A stretch of 63,203 nt of DNA, filler included, from Octopus bimaculoides (lineage: Eukaryota), in NCBI RefSeq assembly GCF_001194135.2. It is 3 parts of 3 records of this genome, joined end to end, with 100 filler letters (N's around TTAATTAATTAA, not from the genome) between each part and the next. Parts side by side here need not be neighbours in the genome. Positions count along the whole stretch, not along the records: positions 1 to 24,734 come from NC_068981.1; positions 24,835 to 56,092 come from NC_068983.1; 1 more part is not named here. One strand, 5' to 3'. The notes beneath the pieces were generated by a model. That model ran no database searches and was not told where the DNA came from. It worked only from the letters and a program-made list of their open reading frames with translations. A program made the translations under genes and the position numbers. Positions 16,100 to 28,191 of the stretch are shown here, in pieces (within the stretch, counting starts at the first letter, position 1; each line of letters opens with the position of its first letter).

Positions 16100-16420
16100 A
16101 TATTCTTCTGAGATATATTTCAAATGAAAAACAAGTTGTGCACTGAAGTAACGTAAAGACGCTAGCAATTAACCTTTCGGCGTTGATGAAAATGGACAAA
16201 CAACAGTGCTGGCCGGCGTCCGAGCTGTTCAAAGGTCAAGCGATAAAAGGACTTCTTGATGAAGGACAGAAAGTGGGAGTTGAAAGCAGTGGTGCCTTGT
16301 GGGACGGAATGCAGAATATTGTAGCGACGGGAAAGTTTAAAAAACAAAAAAATAACAGTGTTTGGAGAGTAAAAGGAAACGCTCCAGAAGAAGGGAAAAG
16401 AAAGAGAAAGTGATGGACAG
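16100..16420 (-). mobile_element. Possible very decayed Penelope-like reverse transcriptase fragment
   Basis: Weak resemblance only: LHSVPQG...HFL and RLIASVFT...CFSF versus the PLE RT segments LYTxIPHxxG...HFL and RLAELVLTLNxFSF. Confidence 0.25.
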
Positions 16421-16901
16421 CTACAAGTTGTATGATAGATGTGAGAGCGACGTGGAGAAAAAGAGGAAGACATGCTGTCGTTTTACAAAAGAAAAGTAAT
16501 TAGTCGGTGTCAAAACGGTACGTTGCTTTATAATAAATAAAATTCAAAACGAAGCGACGGATTAAAATTGTACGTGAAAATGTAAACGCAAAAATAAGCA
16601 GTTGTGAACACTGTCAATCATGTCATGGGTTGTCAACTGGATATCATATCAATTTACACAACTTCAAATAATATTGTTCTTTTAAGAAACGTCAACAGCA
16701 TGCAGGTTCATAACCACAGACGAGTAGGCACGAACATTAAACAAGGCAGTAAAATTCAAAATAAAGATTAGAAATTAAAACACAAGCCAGTACACAAGGG
16801 CGTAAAATGGAAAGAATCTCAAAATCACAATTGACAGTTATATATACAATGCACACTGCCACACACAATATTATGTATGTATGTTTGTGTGTGCGTGTGT
16901 G

Positions 16902-16932
<31 letters not shown>

Positions 16933-17137
16933 AAATTCATAGCGTTTCCATGTAAACGAGAAAAATAAAATTAGTTCAGCTTAGAAGAAATGAGTGTATA
17001 TTTCGGCATTAAATAGACATACAAAATGAAGAGTTGAAAGAGACTGACACCGAACATGTCACTGATCAAGCGAGAAAAAAGAACCGCTGGAAGGAAGACA
17101 GCTTTTGATGGAAGATAAGTTATTGATGCCTTGTGGG

Positions 17138-17186
<49 letters not shown>

Positions 17187-19263
17187 TGTGTGTGCGTGTC
17201 TGCGTGTGTGTTTCTGTGTGTGCGTGTGTGTATGTGTGAAAGAGAGAAAGAGGGAAAGAGGGGGGGGGGAGAGAGAGAGAGAGCATGTGGGAATATTTAA
17301 GTAATAGCGGAAACGATAAAAACCGAGAGATTTAGTGACAGAAAGAGAAAGAGAAGATTTCAATAAAACAGACTGTAAGACAAGGACTGATGGAGGGTAG
17401 AAAGAAGGACAGGAAGAGAATTGTCACAAAGCAAACACCCATTATGCTAAATGATATTGAGTAAAGTGTCACATATAGAGAGTTGGGTTTCCAGTGTTTA
17501 AAATCTAAAAGCAAAGAACAAATGTGAAAATTTCAATACTTCCAGCTAATCCAAATTGTAGCAAAATATTCCCACCGCAACTGGGGTTAGATATTATTAT
17601 TAAGACAAGGATTAATGAATGTAGCAAATTTGTTTCAATGCCGGTAAAACTCCTCAGCGAAGACGTTTTTACCCTAATCAGTGAAACATACAATTAATCG
17701 AGTTTATTATACATATAAATAGAAGGAAATTATTAACCAGTAACAGAACTGAGTGAAAGTTACTCTGAGGAGCATTCTGTCGTATGTCTATCATGTGGGA
17801 ATCATACGCCGAGATTTGAAAGCTACATCTTTGCCATATCATATACTGTAGTCTTAAATAAAGAAACGATGTTTAAGTTTACCTCAAATTACATTGGTAA
17901 TTGGTTCCAACAAATGCAACTTAATTAAAAAAAACGACGTAACACGAAGAACATTTAGAATCATTATTAGCTTATATCTGTTTTAATAAATGTTTTGTAC
18001 TCCACTTTTTTATGAGTTTTTGTAAATATTTCTGTGCTTTTTTAAATATGTTTGCTGAGACCGACGTAAATCTGATAGATCGACCGAATTTGAGTTTATT
18101 TTTTTCCATTTATTTCTTTGAAAATTAAAAAAAATAGGAAAAAGATGATGTGATGTCGAGAAAGAACGACGTAAGCTGAGGTATGCCTGTATTAGATACT
18201 GTAGAGCTATACTCCCTTGAAAATATTGCCCTTAGATGGAAAGTTTTCCAAAAGACACCATGGGATCGTTGTTGATTTGCGTGTTGTGAAATGTACGAAC
18301 CCGTTAGACAAGCAAAACATAGCTGCAAACTTCCCTCAAATCACCTATTGACGTTTTAAGAGCAACACATTGGATAATATTATCAAGACGAGCCAGCATC
18401 TAAACACATTACGGGTTGGTCTCGTTTAGATAACCTATTTTTCATAGCATTGTTAAGCCTCATCAGTCCCTGCTTAAACATCCATAACAACAACAACAGC
18501 AACAACAATTATAGCAGCAATGCATTGCATGAGGCTGGTATTGAATTGTCAACTTCTCTGGGTGGTATTTCTACAAAATGAAAGAGGAAGTAAGATTAAA
18601 CAACCTGCTAAATGTCAACACTCTCTGACATTGTTTATCCCTATGACATCACGTTCGCTTTGATCAATGACTTACAACATTAACCGACCATGACAGATCA
18701 ATGTACCGTGTCACGTGTAATATAAACATCCGAGGTTATGGAGTTAAACAGGTTATGTAGTCTCACAAATAATTGTATGAGAGTATGAGCGATTTACGTT
18801 ATTTATTTTATGTAGAGTAGAAATGCGTAAATTGTTACGCACTTAAAGAAATATAGAAAGCACTGATATATATATATGCGGATATATATATGTCTGTCTG
18901 TCTCTCTCCCTCGCTCACTGTCTCTCTCTCTATATATATATGTGTGTGTGTGTGAATGTGCGCGTAAGTGTGTATTAGTCCCTGCGTACGTTTGAGATTT
19001 TGTCGGCATATTCAGAAATATTGATAGTTGTCTATAAATATATCCAGCTGCATTGATTCCTGCATAACTACTTAAATGTCCCTGCATGCATAATAAATCC
19101 ATATATACGTGAATAAATTGTTTTACATGCATACAGGTATTTACTTTTATGTGTGTAAAACATACATATTTATATACATTTATACATATATGTGTGTGTG
19201 CGTGTACTCACACACACACAGACACTCACACCCATACATATATATATATGCTTTATTCTTTTA

Positions 19264-19481
19264 TTCTTTTACTTGTTTCACTCCTTTGACTGCCACCATG
19301 ATCGGGCACTACCAAAAGGGATTTAATCAAACAAATTTACCCTAGGACTAGCTTTTAATATCTGGTACGTATTTCAACCAGTTCTCTTTGTAAAACCGCT
19401 AAATTACAGGGACGTAAGTAGATCAACACCGGTTGTTAAGCGGTGGTGGGGAACAAATACAGAAATAAAGACACATGAACA

Positions 19482-19518
<37 letters not shown>

Positions 19519-19775
19519 CAAAAACACAATAACAAAAAAACAAAAAAACAACAAAGTGAGGACGTGATATGGATAGTATTATTGGACGCTCAGGAAAGGA
19601 AAGAGAGAGTGTATGACGTTTCGGGCGTAGACACACGACGAGCTTCTTTCAGTTTCCGTCTACTAAATACACTCACAAGCTTTTAGAAGACATTTGCTCA
19701 AGGTGCCAGGCATTGGGACTGAACCCGAAACCAACCGTGTGGTTGGGAAGCAAGCTTCTTGCACACAGCCACGCC
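19264..19775 (-). mobile_element. SINE family A, near full length, interrupted in its central microsatellite
   Basis: Reverse complement matches 45866-46260 in head (19633-19775) and tail (19264-19470). Confidence 0.9.
19516..19630 (-). mobile_element. Penelope-like terminal fragment with the 3' half of a hammerhead motif
   Basis: GAGGACG...GACGCTCAGGAAAG...GACGTTTCG parallels 60335-60410 and 56540-56610. The minus strand ends GCCC-GAAAC-GUC. Confidence 0.55.
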
Positions 19776-19801
19776 GGAACCTATATGCTTGTATGTATAT
19801 G

Positions 19802-19841
<40 letters not shown>

Positions 19842-20312
19842 TATATATATNNNNNNNNNNNNNNNNNNNNNNNNNNNNNNNNNNNNNNNNNNNNNNNNNN
19901 NNNNNNNNNNNNNNNNNNNNNNNNNNNNNNNNNNNNNNNNNNNNNNNNNNNNNNNNNNNNNNNNNNNNNNNNNNNNNNNNNNNNNNNNNNNNNNNNNNNN
20001 NNNNNNNNNNNNNNNNNNNNNNNNNNNNNNNNNNNNNNNNNNNNNNNNNNNNNNNNNNNNNNNNNNNNNNNNNNNNNNNNNNNNNNNNNNNNNNNNNNNN
20101 NNNNNNNNNNNNNNNNNNNNNNNNNNNNNNNNNNNNNNNNNNNNNNNNNNNNNNNNNNNNNNNNNNNTATATATATATAACTATATATATATATATATAT
20201 AATCATGTATAAAATCTTTATAAGATTTTATCAAGTAGCCAGCATGTAATAAAACCATACAGTTAACAATTAATACAAAATATATAATTATATATATATA
20301 ATAAAGACATTA

Positions 20313-20738
20313 ATAAGTAGAGCCACATGCTAGAAATAGATACCAATATCTCTAAGAACTACATCATTTACCTCTTTAGCATGGGCTGAAAGCGAGAGAA
20401 GTGAACAGAAATTTTTTTTTCCAAAGCAGGAATTGATTTCTAGTTTAGAGATGTAAATCCCTTTACTGTTACCAGTTTACTATAACGCATTGTACATAAT
20501 TATAAACATTTATACATACTCATACGAATAGCACGTATATACAGGCGCATGTACAAATGTTCACATTTATATACTAGCTAAACCTAATTCATTCACCTCA
20601 ACCAAATCTACAATAAACCCGTTTTGTAAAAAAATGTTTTTTTGTTCAATTCCGTCGCTTTCAGCCCGTGCTAAGAGGGTAAATAATATAGTTCTTAGAG
20701 CCATTTGGCGTCTATTTCTAGCATGTGGCGCTACTGAT
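20313..20738. mobile_element. MITE with ~100-bp terminal inverted repeats and probable TA target duplication
   Basis: 20316-~20412 (AGTAGAGCCACATGCTAGAAATAGA...GGGCTGAAAGCG) is the near reverse complement of ~20640-20735. TA lies at 20311-20312 and 20739-20740. Confidence 0.85.
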
Positions 20739-20744
20739 TAGTGC

Positions 20745-21009
20745 TCTTTGGCTCCTGTGCAGGTGGCACGTAAAAAACACCGTTTTGAGCGTGGCCGTTG
20801 CCAATACCGCCTCACTGGTCCTCGTGCCGGTGGCACGTAAAAGCATCCACTACACTCTCGGAGTGGTTGACGTTAGGTAGAGCATCCAGCTGTAGAAATT
20901 CTGTCAGATAAGATTGGAGCCTGGAGCAGCCTTCTGGTTCGCCAGTCCTCAGTCAAATCGTCTAACCCATGCGAGCATGCAAGGCTGACGTTAAACGATG
21001 ATTACGATG
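20745..21009 (+). mobile_element. RTE-type LINE 3' UTR fragment with degenerate (GAT)n tail
   Basis: GGTGGCACGTAAAA (twice), CACTACACTCTCGGAGTGGTTG...AACCCATGC...CGTTAAACGATGAT, recalled as an octopus RTE 3' end. The family assignment is from memory. Confidence 0.7.
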
Positions 21010-21420
21010 TGTGTTTGTATGTATGTATGTATGTATACATGCGTTTATATGCGCTTGTGTGTATATCAGGGACAGCTTTCGAAGATGTGTTGAAAGACAA
21101 TTGTTTCCAAGTTGCATCTCTTCTATTTAGAAACATTCATCAAAATGAAATTTAGCTTTTACATTTTAGTTAGGGAACTTAGCTTCCCTAAATGCCTAAA
21201 TTAACTAGTTTGGATTCCTTTTCAGGCTTTACGGTAGGCTACACAGGACGAAAGAAAGCTGTTGGAATTTATATATTTATATAATTCCCATAACCAGATT
21301 TTAAGTTGTTTAACGTTTAACGAATTAGATTTTATAGTTTATATTACGTGTACTACGCGTACACACATACTGCGATGTGTATGAGTGTGTGCGTGTGTGT
21401 GTATGTGTGTGTGTGTGGAG

Positions 21421-21810
21421 GGCTTATATGCCCCGTCATTAGAAGATTTTCCTTAGTTATTGCACGGTGATCGCCACAAGATTTAAGCTTATATAAAAAT
21501 ATCTTTATTATTATTTACAAGATCATTCGCACCGAAACCGTATAGAAAGTTCGTTTACATAAATACGAACTAATATAGTACTTATTTTTTGACAGACACA
21601 GGGAGGCTAATTCGCTGATGTAAAAGTAACACACTTAGTCGCATTAGTGACAGGATATGGGTCCTTTTCCCAAGCGGATAGGAAAGCCTTCTTTTTATTT
21701 TTCTGTCGATGGCTTATATGTTCCGTTATTAGACTATTTACCTCAGCTATTGCACGGTGATCACCATAAACTTTAAGCTTATATAAAAATACTATTATTA
21801 TTATTTACAA
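21421..21810 (+). repeat. 100-bp direct repeat pair, 290 bp apart
   Basis: 21421-21520 versus 21711-21810: ungapped, 85 of 100 identical by my count. Confidence 0.9.
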
Positions 21811-21986
21811 GTCTGTAAAATACGGCACCGAAAGCAGATATATATGTTTGTATGCATGGCTTTATAATTATGTATGCATACGTATGCGATTCTGTATGTG
21901 CGCACGTGTATGTGCAAATTTATATAGATACATTCGCACAATATATATATTATATATATATATATTATATATATATATTATATATA

Positions 21987-22018
<32 letters not shown>

Positions 22019-22816
22019 GTATACATACATACATACACATAGATTAGTGTGTATATGTATGTATACATAAATTTTGTATAGTTAAATAAATCCAGATACA
22101 AACGCACATATATGCACACATGCATGCATACATACATACATACACACATACATACATATATATATATATATGTATATATACATACATACATACGCACACA
22201 CACACACATGCATTCACACACGCACACCCACATAAACAAACATGTCTCTCGACTACATGTTAACTCATAAAGCATTCAAGAAGCATTTCTAATCCCACCG
22301 ACCTTAAAACTGGTTTGCGTGTTCGTTAGTGCAATACGATGTTCCATGAAATACTTTTGAAGCGCTATGTGATTAGAAGTAATATGTTAATAAATAATAC
22401 ATGATTTCGTATTGAACGTTAGCTTAACGTATACAATAGACATCTTATAGATAAGCTAGACTTGTTTGCCATGTTTCGTTTTGTTTTCTTCTATTGACGT
22501 TACTAGTTGCTTTATTTATTTATTTATTTATACAACTTTTGCTTTTCTTTTATATGCGACCTGATCGAGCCACTAACTGTAATTGTATATAGATCTATGT
22601 AGTTGATGCTAAAAATGGTAACGACACATACAACAACGATAGCATTGATTTGTAACTTTGGCACAAGGCCATGGCATTTTGGCGAAAGTTACAGTCGAGT
22701 TAATCGAACTCCCTGCTTTACTAATCTCAGGTGTTAAATGGGCGTAACTGAACAACACTGAACTACTTTTCCCTTTTCACCACGTGTAGCTCTACAGATC
22801 GTGCCAGTTATTGGAT

Positions 22817-23250
22817 TCTTCTTCTTCTTCTTCTTCTTCTTCTTCTTCTTCTTCTTCTTCTTCTTCTTCTTCTTCTTCTTCTTCTTCTTCTTCTTCTTCT
22901 TCTTCTTCTTCTTCTTCTTCTTCNNNNNNNNNNNNNNNNNNNNNNNNNNNNNNNNNNNNNNNNNNNNNNNNNNNNNNNNNNNNNNNNNNNNNNNNNNNNN
23001 NNNNNNNNNNNNNNNNNNNNNNNNNNNNNNNNNNNNNNNNNNNNNNNNNNNNNNNNNNNNNNNNNNNNNNNNNNNNNNNNNNNNNNNNNNNNNNNNNNNN
23101 NNNNNNNNNNNNNNNNNNNNNNNNNNNNNNNNNNNNNNNNNNNNNNNNNNNNNNNNNNNNNNNNNNNNNNNNNNNNNNNNNNNNNNNNNNNNNNNNNNNN
23201 NNNNNNNNNNNNNNNNNNNNNNNNNNNNNNNNNNNNNNNNNNNNNNNNNN

Positions 23251-23287
<37 letters not shown>

Positions 23288-23328
23288 TCATTAATAATAA
23301 TAATAACAACAACAACAACAACAATAAC

Positions 23329-23371
<43 letters not shown>

Positions 23372-23430
23372 GAAATAAAAATAATAATAATAATAATTAA
23401 AATAATTATTATAACAATGATAACAATAAT
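22817..23430. repeat. (TTC)n, N gap, (ACT)n(AAT/AAC)n microsatellites
   Basis: Visible. Confidence 0.95.
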
Positions 23431-23442
23431 TTTCCTTCTGTA

Positions 23443-23525
23443 AGTTACTGGTTCAAAATTCCCGCCGAGATCGGTCGACTTTGCCTTTCATGCTTTCGGT
23501 TTCGATGAAATAAGTACCAGTGTAA
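23443..23525 (+). mobile_element. SINE family B, core fragment
   Basis: GTTCAAAATTCCCGCCGAG...GTCGACTTTGCCTTTCAT...TAAGTACCAG matches 55170-55250 and 55460-55530. Confidence 0.8.
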
Positions 23526-24683
23526 TCGTGTGTTGAAGCAGATACTGTTAATTTCGGGACGGTCATTCTGTCAATAAACACAGACGCCATCTATTTCATA
23601 TTCACTTATACTTTATTATTACCAGTTCTTGTTTATTTGTCATAGATCTTTCGTTACACATTCTTCGACCTATTCAATGATCATCTGTTCTTATCTTAGT
23701 GTTCTCTTCTATCTAGCTTTATCTTGTTTAAAGAAAAGTACCAGAAAGAAGGCAATAGGTGTGTGTGTGTGTGTGTGTTTGTTTGTTTGTTCGTCTGTGT
23801 GTGTGAGTGTGTGTGTGTGAGAGTGTGTGTGTGTGAGTTAGCGTGTGTGTCTGTGTGTGTGTGTGTGTGTGTTTGTGTTGGAAATTCATGGACATTGTGC
23901 TAATTATTTTTCTGCGGTTAAATTATTAGTTCTAAATATTCGAAGTCATAGTTTACTTTTCATATTATGTAGGGTTTATAGAGCTATTTATATAAATGTC
24001 ATTATACCAGAATATAACGCATAGAATTGTCACAGAGAAAACAATATCATTATATATATATAAGAAAACAAAAGAATGTCTCTTCTACAGATTTGAAGGG
24101 TCTGAAAGCACGGTGTGTTATTTCCTTTCCTGTAAAATTAGGAACAAAGGATGAAAGAAAAGTTTTCCTGAGGCTAGATAATCGTGTATTACCGTATTAA
24201 TGGGAATGATTTTGTTAAGAAAGTAATGTAAAAAGCAAAAGGATGTAAAAAAAAAATCAATATTTACTTTTTACACAAACACACACACAACACACATCAC
24301 ACACACTCGCATATTCACATAGATAAATGCATGCATATCATAGAAATAGGTTAATATATATGTAGGTAGCTATCTGTATGTATGTGTATGAGTTAGTTTG
24401 TAAGTGTGTGTGTTAGTGTGTGTGTGCGCGCGAGCGTGTATTTAGTTTTAGCTCGAGAGCTGCGGCCATATATATATATATGTGTTTAGATAGGCCGGTA
24501 TATAAAACACACGTGTGTGTTGGTGTGAATTCTATGTAACCTTGCTGTAAAAAGTCTACTCAATAACTTGCCGAAATTAGTTTAAAAGAAGCAAACAGAA
24601 AACGAAGTTTAATAGAATTATATAAACATACATGCATACATACATACATACATACATACATTCATACATATATACATACACAA

Positions 24684-24734
<51 letters not shown>

Positions 24735-24834
24735 NNNNNNNNNNNNNNNNNNNNNNNNNNNNNNNNNNNNNNNNNNNNTTAATTAATTAANNNNNNNNNN
24801 NNNNNNNNNNNNNNNNNNNNNNNNNNNNNNNNNN
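24735..24834. other. Artificial 100-bp scaffold spacer (N44-TTAATTAATTAA-N44)
   Basis: Identical structure at 56093-56192; the 12-mer gives stop codons in all six frames. Confidence 0.95.
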
Positions 24835-25371
24835 GTAGTAGTAGTAGTAGTAGTAGTAGTAGTAACCGGCAGCAATTTTACTACTATGCTTTGTTTGGTT
24901 GAGTACTGGGGGGAGACTTCAAAAGAAATTTGACTGTACTTCATTCTTGTGTAGTTCGTGTTATGTGTTGTTCTAGTTGTCGTTTATGAGTGCCATTTAA
25001 ATTTTTGTTGGAAAGAGAACGATACGATACAAATTGGGCGGAGTCGAATGTTTGTCTGTTCGGAAGAGCTGCTAGTAATTTTAGTGATCGCTACAAGCAT
25101 ACTGATAGCACACTGGTATTATGTTAATTGCAGTGGTGATACTATTGGCTTGAAGTANNNNNNNNNNATGCTTGTGTTTGTCTCCCCCAACATCCCTTGA
25201 CAACAGATGCTGGTGTATTTACCTCCCCGTAACTTAGCGATTCGGCAAAAGATGGCGACAGAATAAGTACTAGGCTTACAAAGAATAAGTCCTGGAGTCG
25301 ATTTGCTCGACTAAAGGCGGTGCTCTGCAGTAAGATGACTGAAGCATGCAAAAAAAAAAAAGAATACACGC

Positions 25372-25424
<53 letters not shown>

Positions 25425-25965
25425 TATATATATATATTCGATTGACTAGAAAATATTGTATATAATACGAGGCGATTTAAAAGCATTACAATGTAATATA
25501 TTATTATAAACATCGATGCACAGAATATGATTTAATATGTTCGTGTGAGTGTGTTAGAGACAAGCAGAAGTCTTTTTTCGCTATATTATGTGATTCTTTC
25601 TTCTTGTTCGTCGATTGCTTTTCTTTTTTTTTTTATGTCAACCTGATTGCAATGCGTAAGGCTCTCAAAGTAACAATGAATTTTGTTAATAGGAAAGTGC
25701 ACGGATGAAATTTCAACCGGAAATTGAACTAACCACTATTGAAAAAACCTTTCGTGTATGCTACTGCATGATAAATTGAGGCTGAAGGCCAAAGTATCAC
25801 AAATGATCAAACGTTTTTGCCAATGTTGATCGTGAAGAGTGACAAATCTCTCTGCTGTGTTTGGCCATCCGTGAACAAAGGAAATATTTTGTAAGGGCTG
25901 ATGAAATGGGACGAAATAAATGCTGCTTTTTTTTTCCATCGCATACTATTATAATCATTGTTTTT

Positions 25966-26019
<54 letters not shown>

Positions 26020-26232
26020 ACCGGCAGCAATTTTACTACTATGCTTTGTTTGGTTGAGTACTGGGGGGAGACTTCAAAAGAAATTTGACTGTACTTCATT
26101 CTTGTGTAGTTCGTGTTATGTGTTGTTCTAGTTGTCGTTTATGAGTGCCATTTAAATTTTTGTTGGAAAGAGAACGATACGATACAAATTGGGCGGAGTC
26201 GAATGTTTGTCTGTTCGGAAGAGCTGCTAGTA
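24835..26232 (+). other. Gap-bounded exact duplication (24835-25077 = 25990-26232), probable assembly artefact
   Basis: No differences seen; one copy starts at a gap and the other ends at a gap. Confidence 0.8.
25168..25365 (+). mobile_element. SINE family A, 3' half
   Basis: CCCCGTAACTTAGCGATTCGGCAAAA...GAATAAGTACTAGGCTTACAAAGAATAAGTCCTGG...AAGGCGGTGCT matches 46080-46250. Confidence 0.9.
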
Positions 26233-27314
26233 NNNNNNNNNNNNNNNNNNNNNNNNNNNNNNNNNNNNNNNNNNNNNNNNNNNNNNNNNNNNNNNNNNNN
26301 NNNNNNNNNNNNNNNNNNNNNNNNNNNNNNNNNNNNNNNNNNNNNNNNNNNNNNNNNNNNNNNNNNNNNNNNNNNNNNNNNNNNNNNNNNNNNNNNNNNN
26401 NNNNNNNNNNNNNNNNNNNNNNNNNNNNNNNNNNNNNNNNNNNNNNNNNNNNNNNNNNNNNNNNNNNNNNNNNNNNNNNNNNNNNNNNNNNNNNNNNNNN
26501 NNNNNNNNNNNNNNNNNNNNNNNNNNNNNNNNNNNNNNNNNNNNNNNNNNNNNNNNNNNNNNNNNNNNNNNNNNNNNNNNNNNNNNNNNNNNNNNNNNNN
26601 NNNNNNNNNNNNNNNNNNNNNNNNNNNNNNNNNNNNNNNNNNNNNNNNNNNNNNNNNNNNNNNNNNNNNNNNNNNNNNNNNNNNNNNNNNNNNNNNNNNN
26701 NNNNNNNNNNNNNNNNNNNNNNNNNNNNNNNNNNNNNNNNNNNNNNNNNNNNNNNNNNNNNNNNNNNNNNNNNNNNNNNNNNNNNNNNNNNNNNNNNNNN
26801 NNNNNNNNNNNNNNNNNNNNNNNNNNNNNNNNNNNNNNNNNNNNNNNNNNNNNNNNNNNNNNNNNNNNNNNNNNNNNNNNNNNNNNNNNNNNNNNNNNNN
26901 NNNNNNNNNNNNNNNNNNNNNNNNNNNNNNNNNNNNNNNNNNNNNNNNNNNNNNNNNNNNNNNNNNNNNNNNNNNNNNNNNNNNNNNNNNNNNNNNNNNN
27001 NNNNNNNNNNNNNNNNNNNNNNNNNNNNNNNNNNNNNNNNNNNNNNNNNNNNNNNNNNNNNNNNNNNNNNNNNNNNNNNNNNNNNNNNNNNNNNNNNNNN
27101 NNNNNNNNNNNNNNNNNNNNNNNNATATATATATATATAATAGTACCAAATAACATCTAGTACTAAATTTATAAATATTTAATGCATCGCTACGCGCGTT
27201 TCCACGAATCGCTTGACTTTGGAGATCGCAGTCCGAATTTCCGTGATCACTACAGTGTAATCCATAGTATCCTTGGGCATTAGGTTGGTAATCATCATTG
27301 AATTATTTCTTCAG

Positions 27315-27411
27315 GCGATATAGCATTGGTGAATGAACCACAGAGGGATGTTTTTGTCTTCCTACCGGTCTGCGTGGATGGGTTGCATGTGTGCACGAAT
27401 GTGTATAATCG
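27315..27411 (+). other. Candidate 97-nt coding exon (unassigned)
   Basis: Acceptor attatttcttcag| and donor CG|gtatgt; open frame DIALVNEPQRDVFVFLPVCVDGLHVCTNVYNR. An alternative donor AAG|gtatca at 27467/27468 is in the same open frame. No family recognised. Confidence 0.25.
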
Positions 27412-27518
27412 GTATGTGTTACAAAGTGACCCAAGAACCAAGATTTTCGTACATGGGATTTTTCAAGGTATCATGCACGAAAAGCTCGATCATTGAGTTA
27501 CTTTGTAACATCTGCCGA
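27409..27518. other. 110-nt imperfect hairpin (foldback or pre-miRNA-like)
   Basis: 39-nt arms at 27417-27455 and 27472-27510 are near reverse complements around a 16-nt loop; pairing extends outward to TCGG/CCGA. Confidence 0.8.
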
Positions 27519-27613
27519 ATAAAAAACAACAAATAAATATATACCTTCTCGTGTTTTGAGTTCCATTTATCCTGGCTGTACTACCAAATAGATGCACAGA
27601 CACACACACACGC

Positions 27614-27646
<33 letters not shown>

Positions 27647-27799
27647 TGCATATATACAAACACACACATTCCAAAAGATACCCCTCAATTTATATATACA
27701 CAGTGTATATATAATGTATATCTATAGATAGATAGATAGATAGACAGATAGACAGATAGATAGATAGATAGATAGTTAGATAGATAGATTTGTATGTAT

Positions 27800-27995
27800 G
27801 TCTTTGTGTTTGCGTTATCCCCCAACACCACTTGACAACCGAGTAAGAATGTTTACGTCCCTGCAATCTAGCAGTACGGCAAAAGGGGCCGATAAAATAT
27901 TACGAGGCTTAAAGAAAAGTACTGTGGTTGATTTGCGTGATTAAATTTCTTCAAGTGCCACCCAATCTAATGAGTGAGCCAAGTATAAAAGATAC
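27800..27995 (+). mobile_element. SINE family A, 3' half (decayed)
   Basis: CCCCCAACACCACTTGACAACCGA...GTTTACGTCCC...CGGCAAAAGGGGCCGATA. Confidence 0.75.
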
Positions 27996-28075
27996 ACATA
28001 TATATTTTATATGCGTTCTTGTCCCATACTGTATTATTTATTTATATATATATATATATATATGCACACACATAG

Positions 28076-28191
28076 ACACTTCGAAAGGTAAAGATGTCCT
28101 CGGCAGGATTTGAACTCAAAACGTAAAAACGCATAAAATGCCGCTAACCATTTTGCCCAGCATGCTAACAATCCTGGCAGCTCGCCGCCTT
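28076..28191 (-). mobile_element. SINE family B, 5' part
   Basis: Reverse complement begins AAGGCGGCGAGCTGCCAGGATTGTTAGCATGCTGGGCAAAATGGTTAGCGG, matching 55624 onward. Confidence 0.85.

Noticed and set aside
25898-25917. CTGATGA...GAAA hammerhead-like spacing
   Set aside because: No stem II pairing and no NUH or stem I partner.
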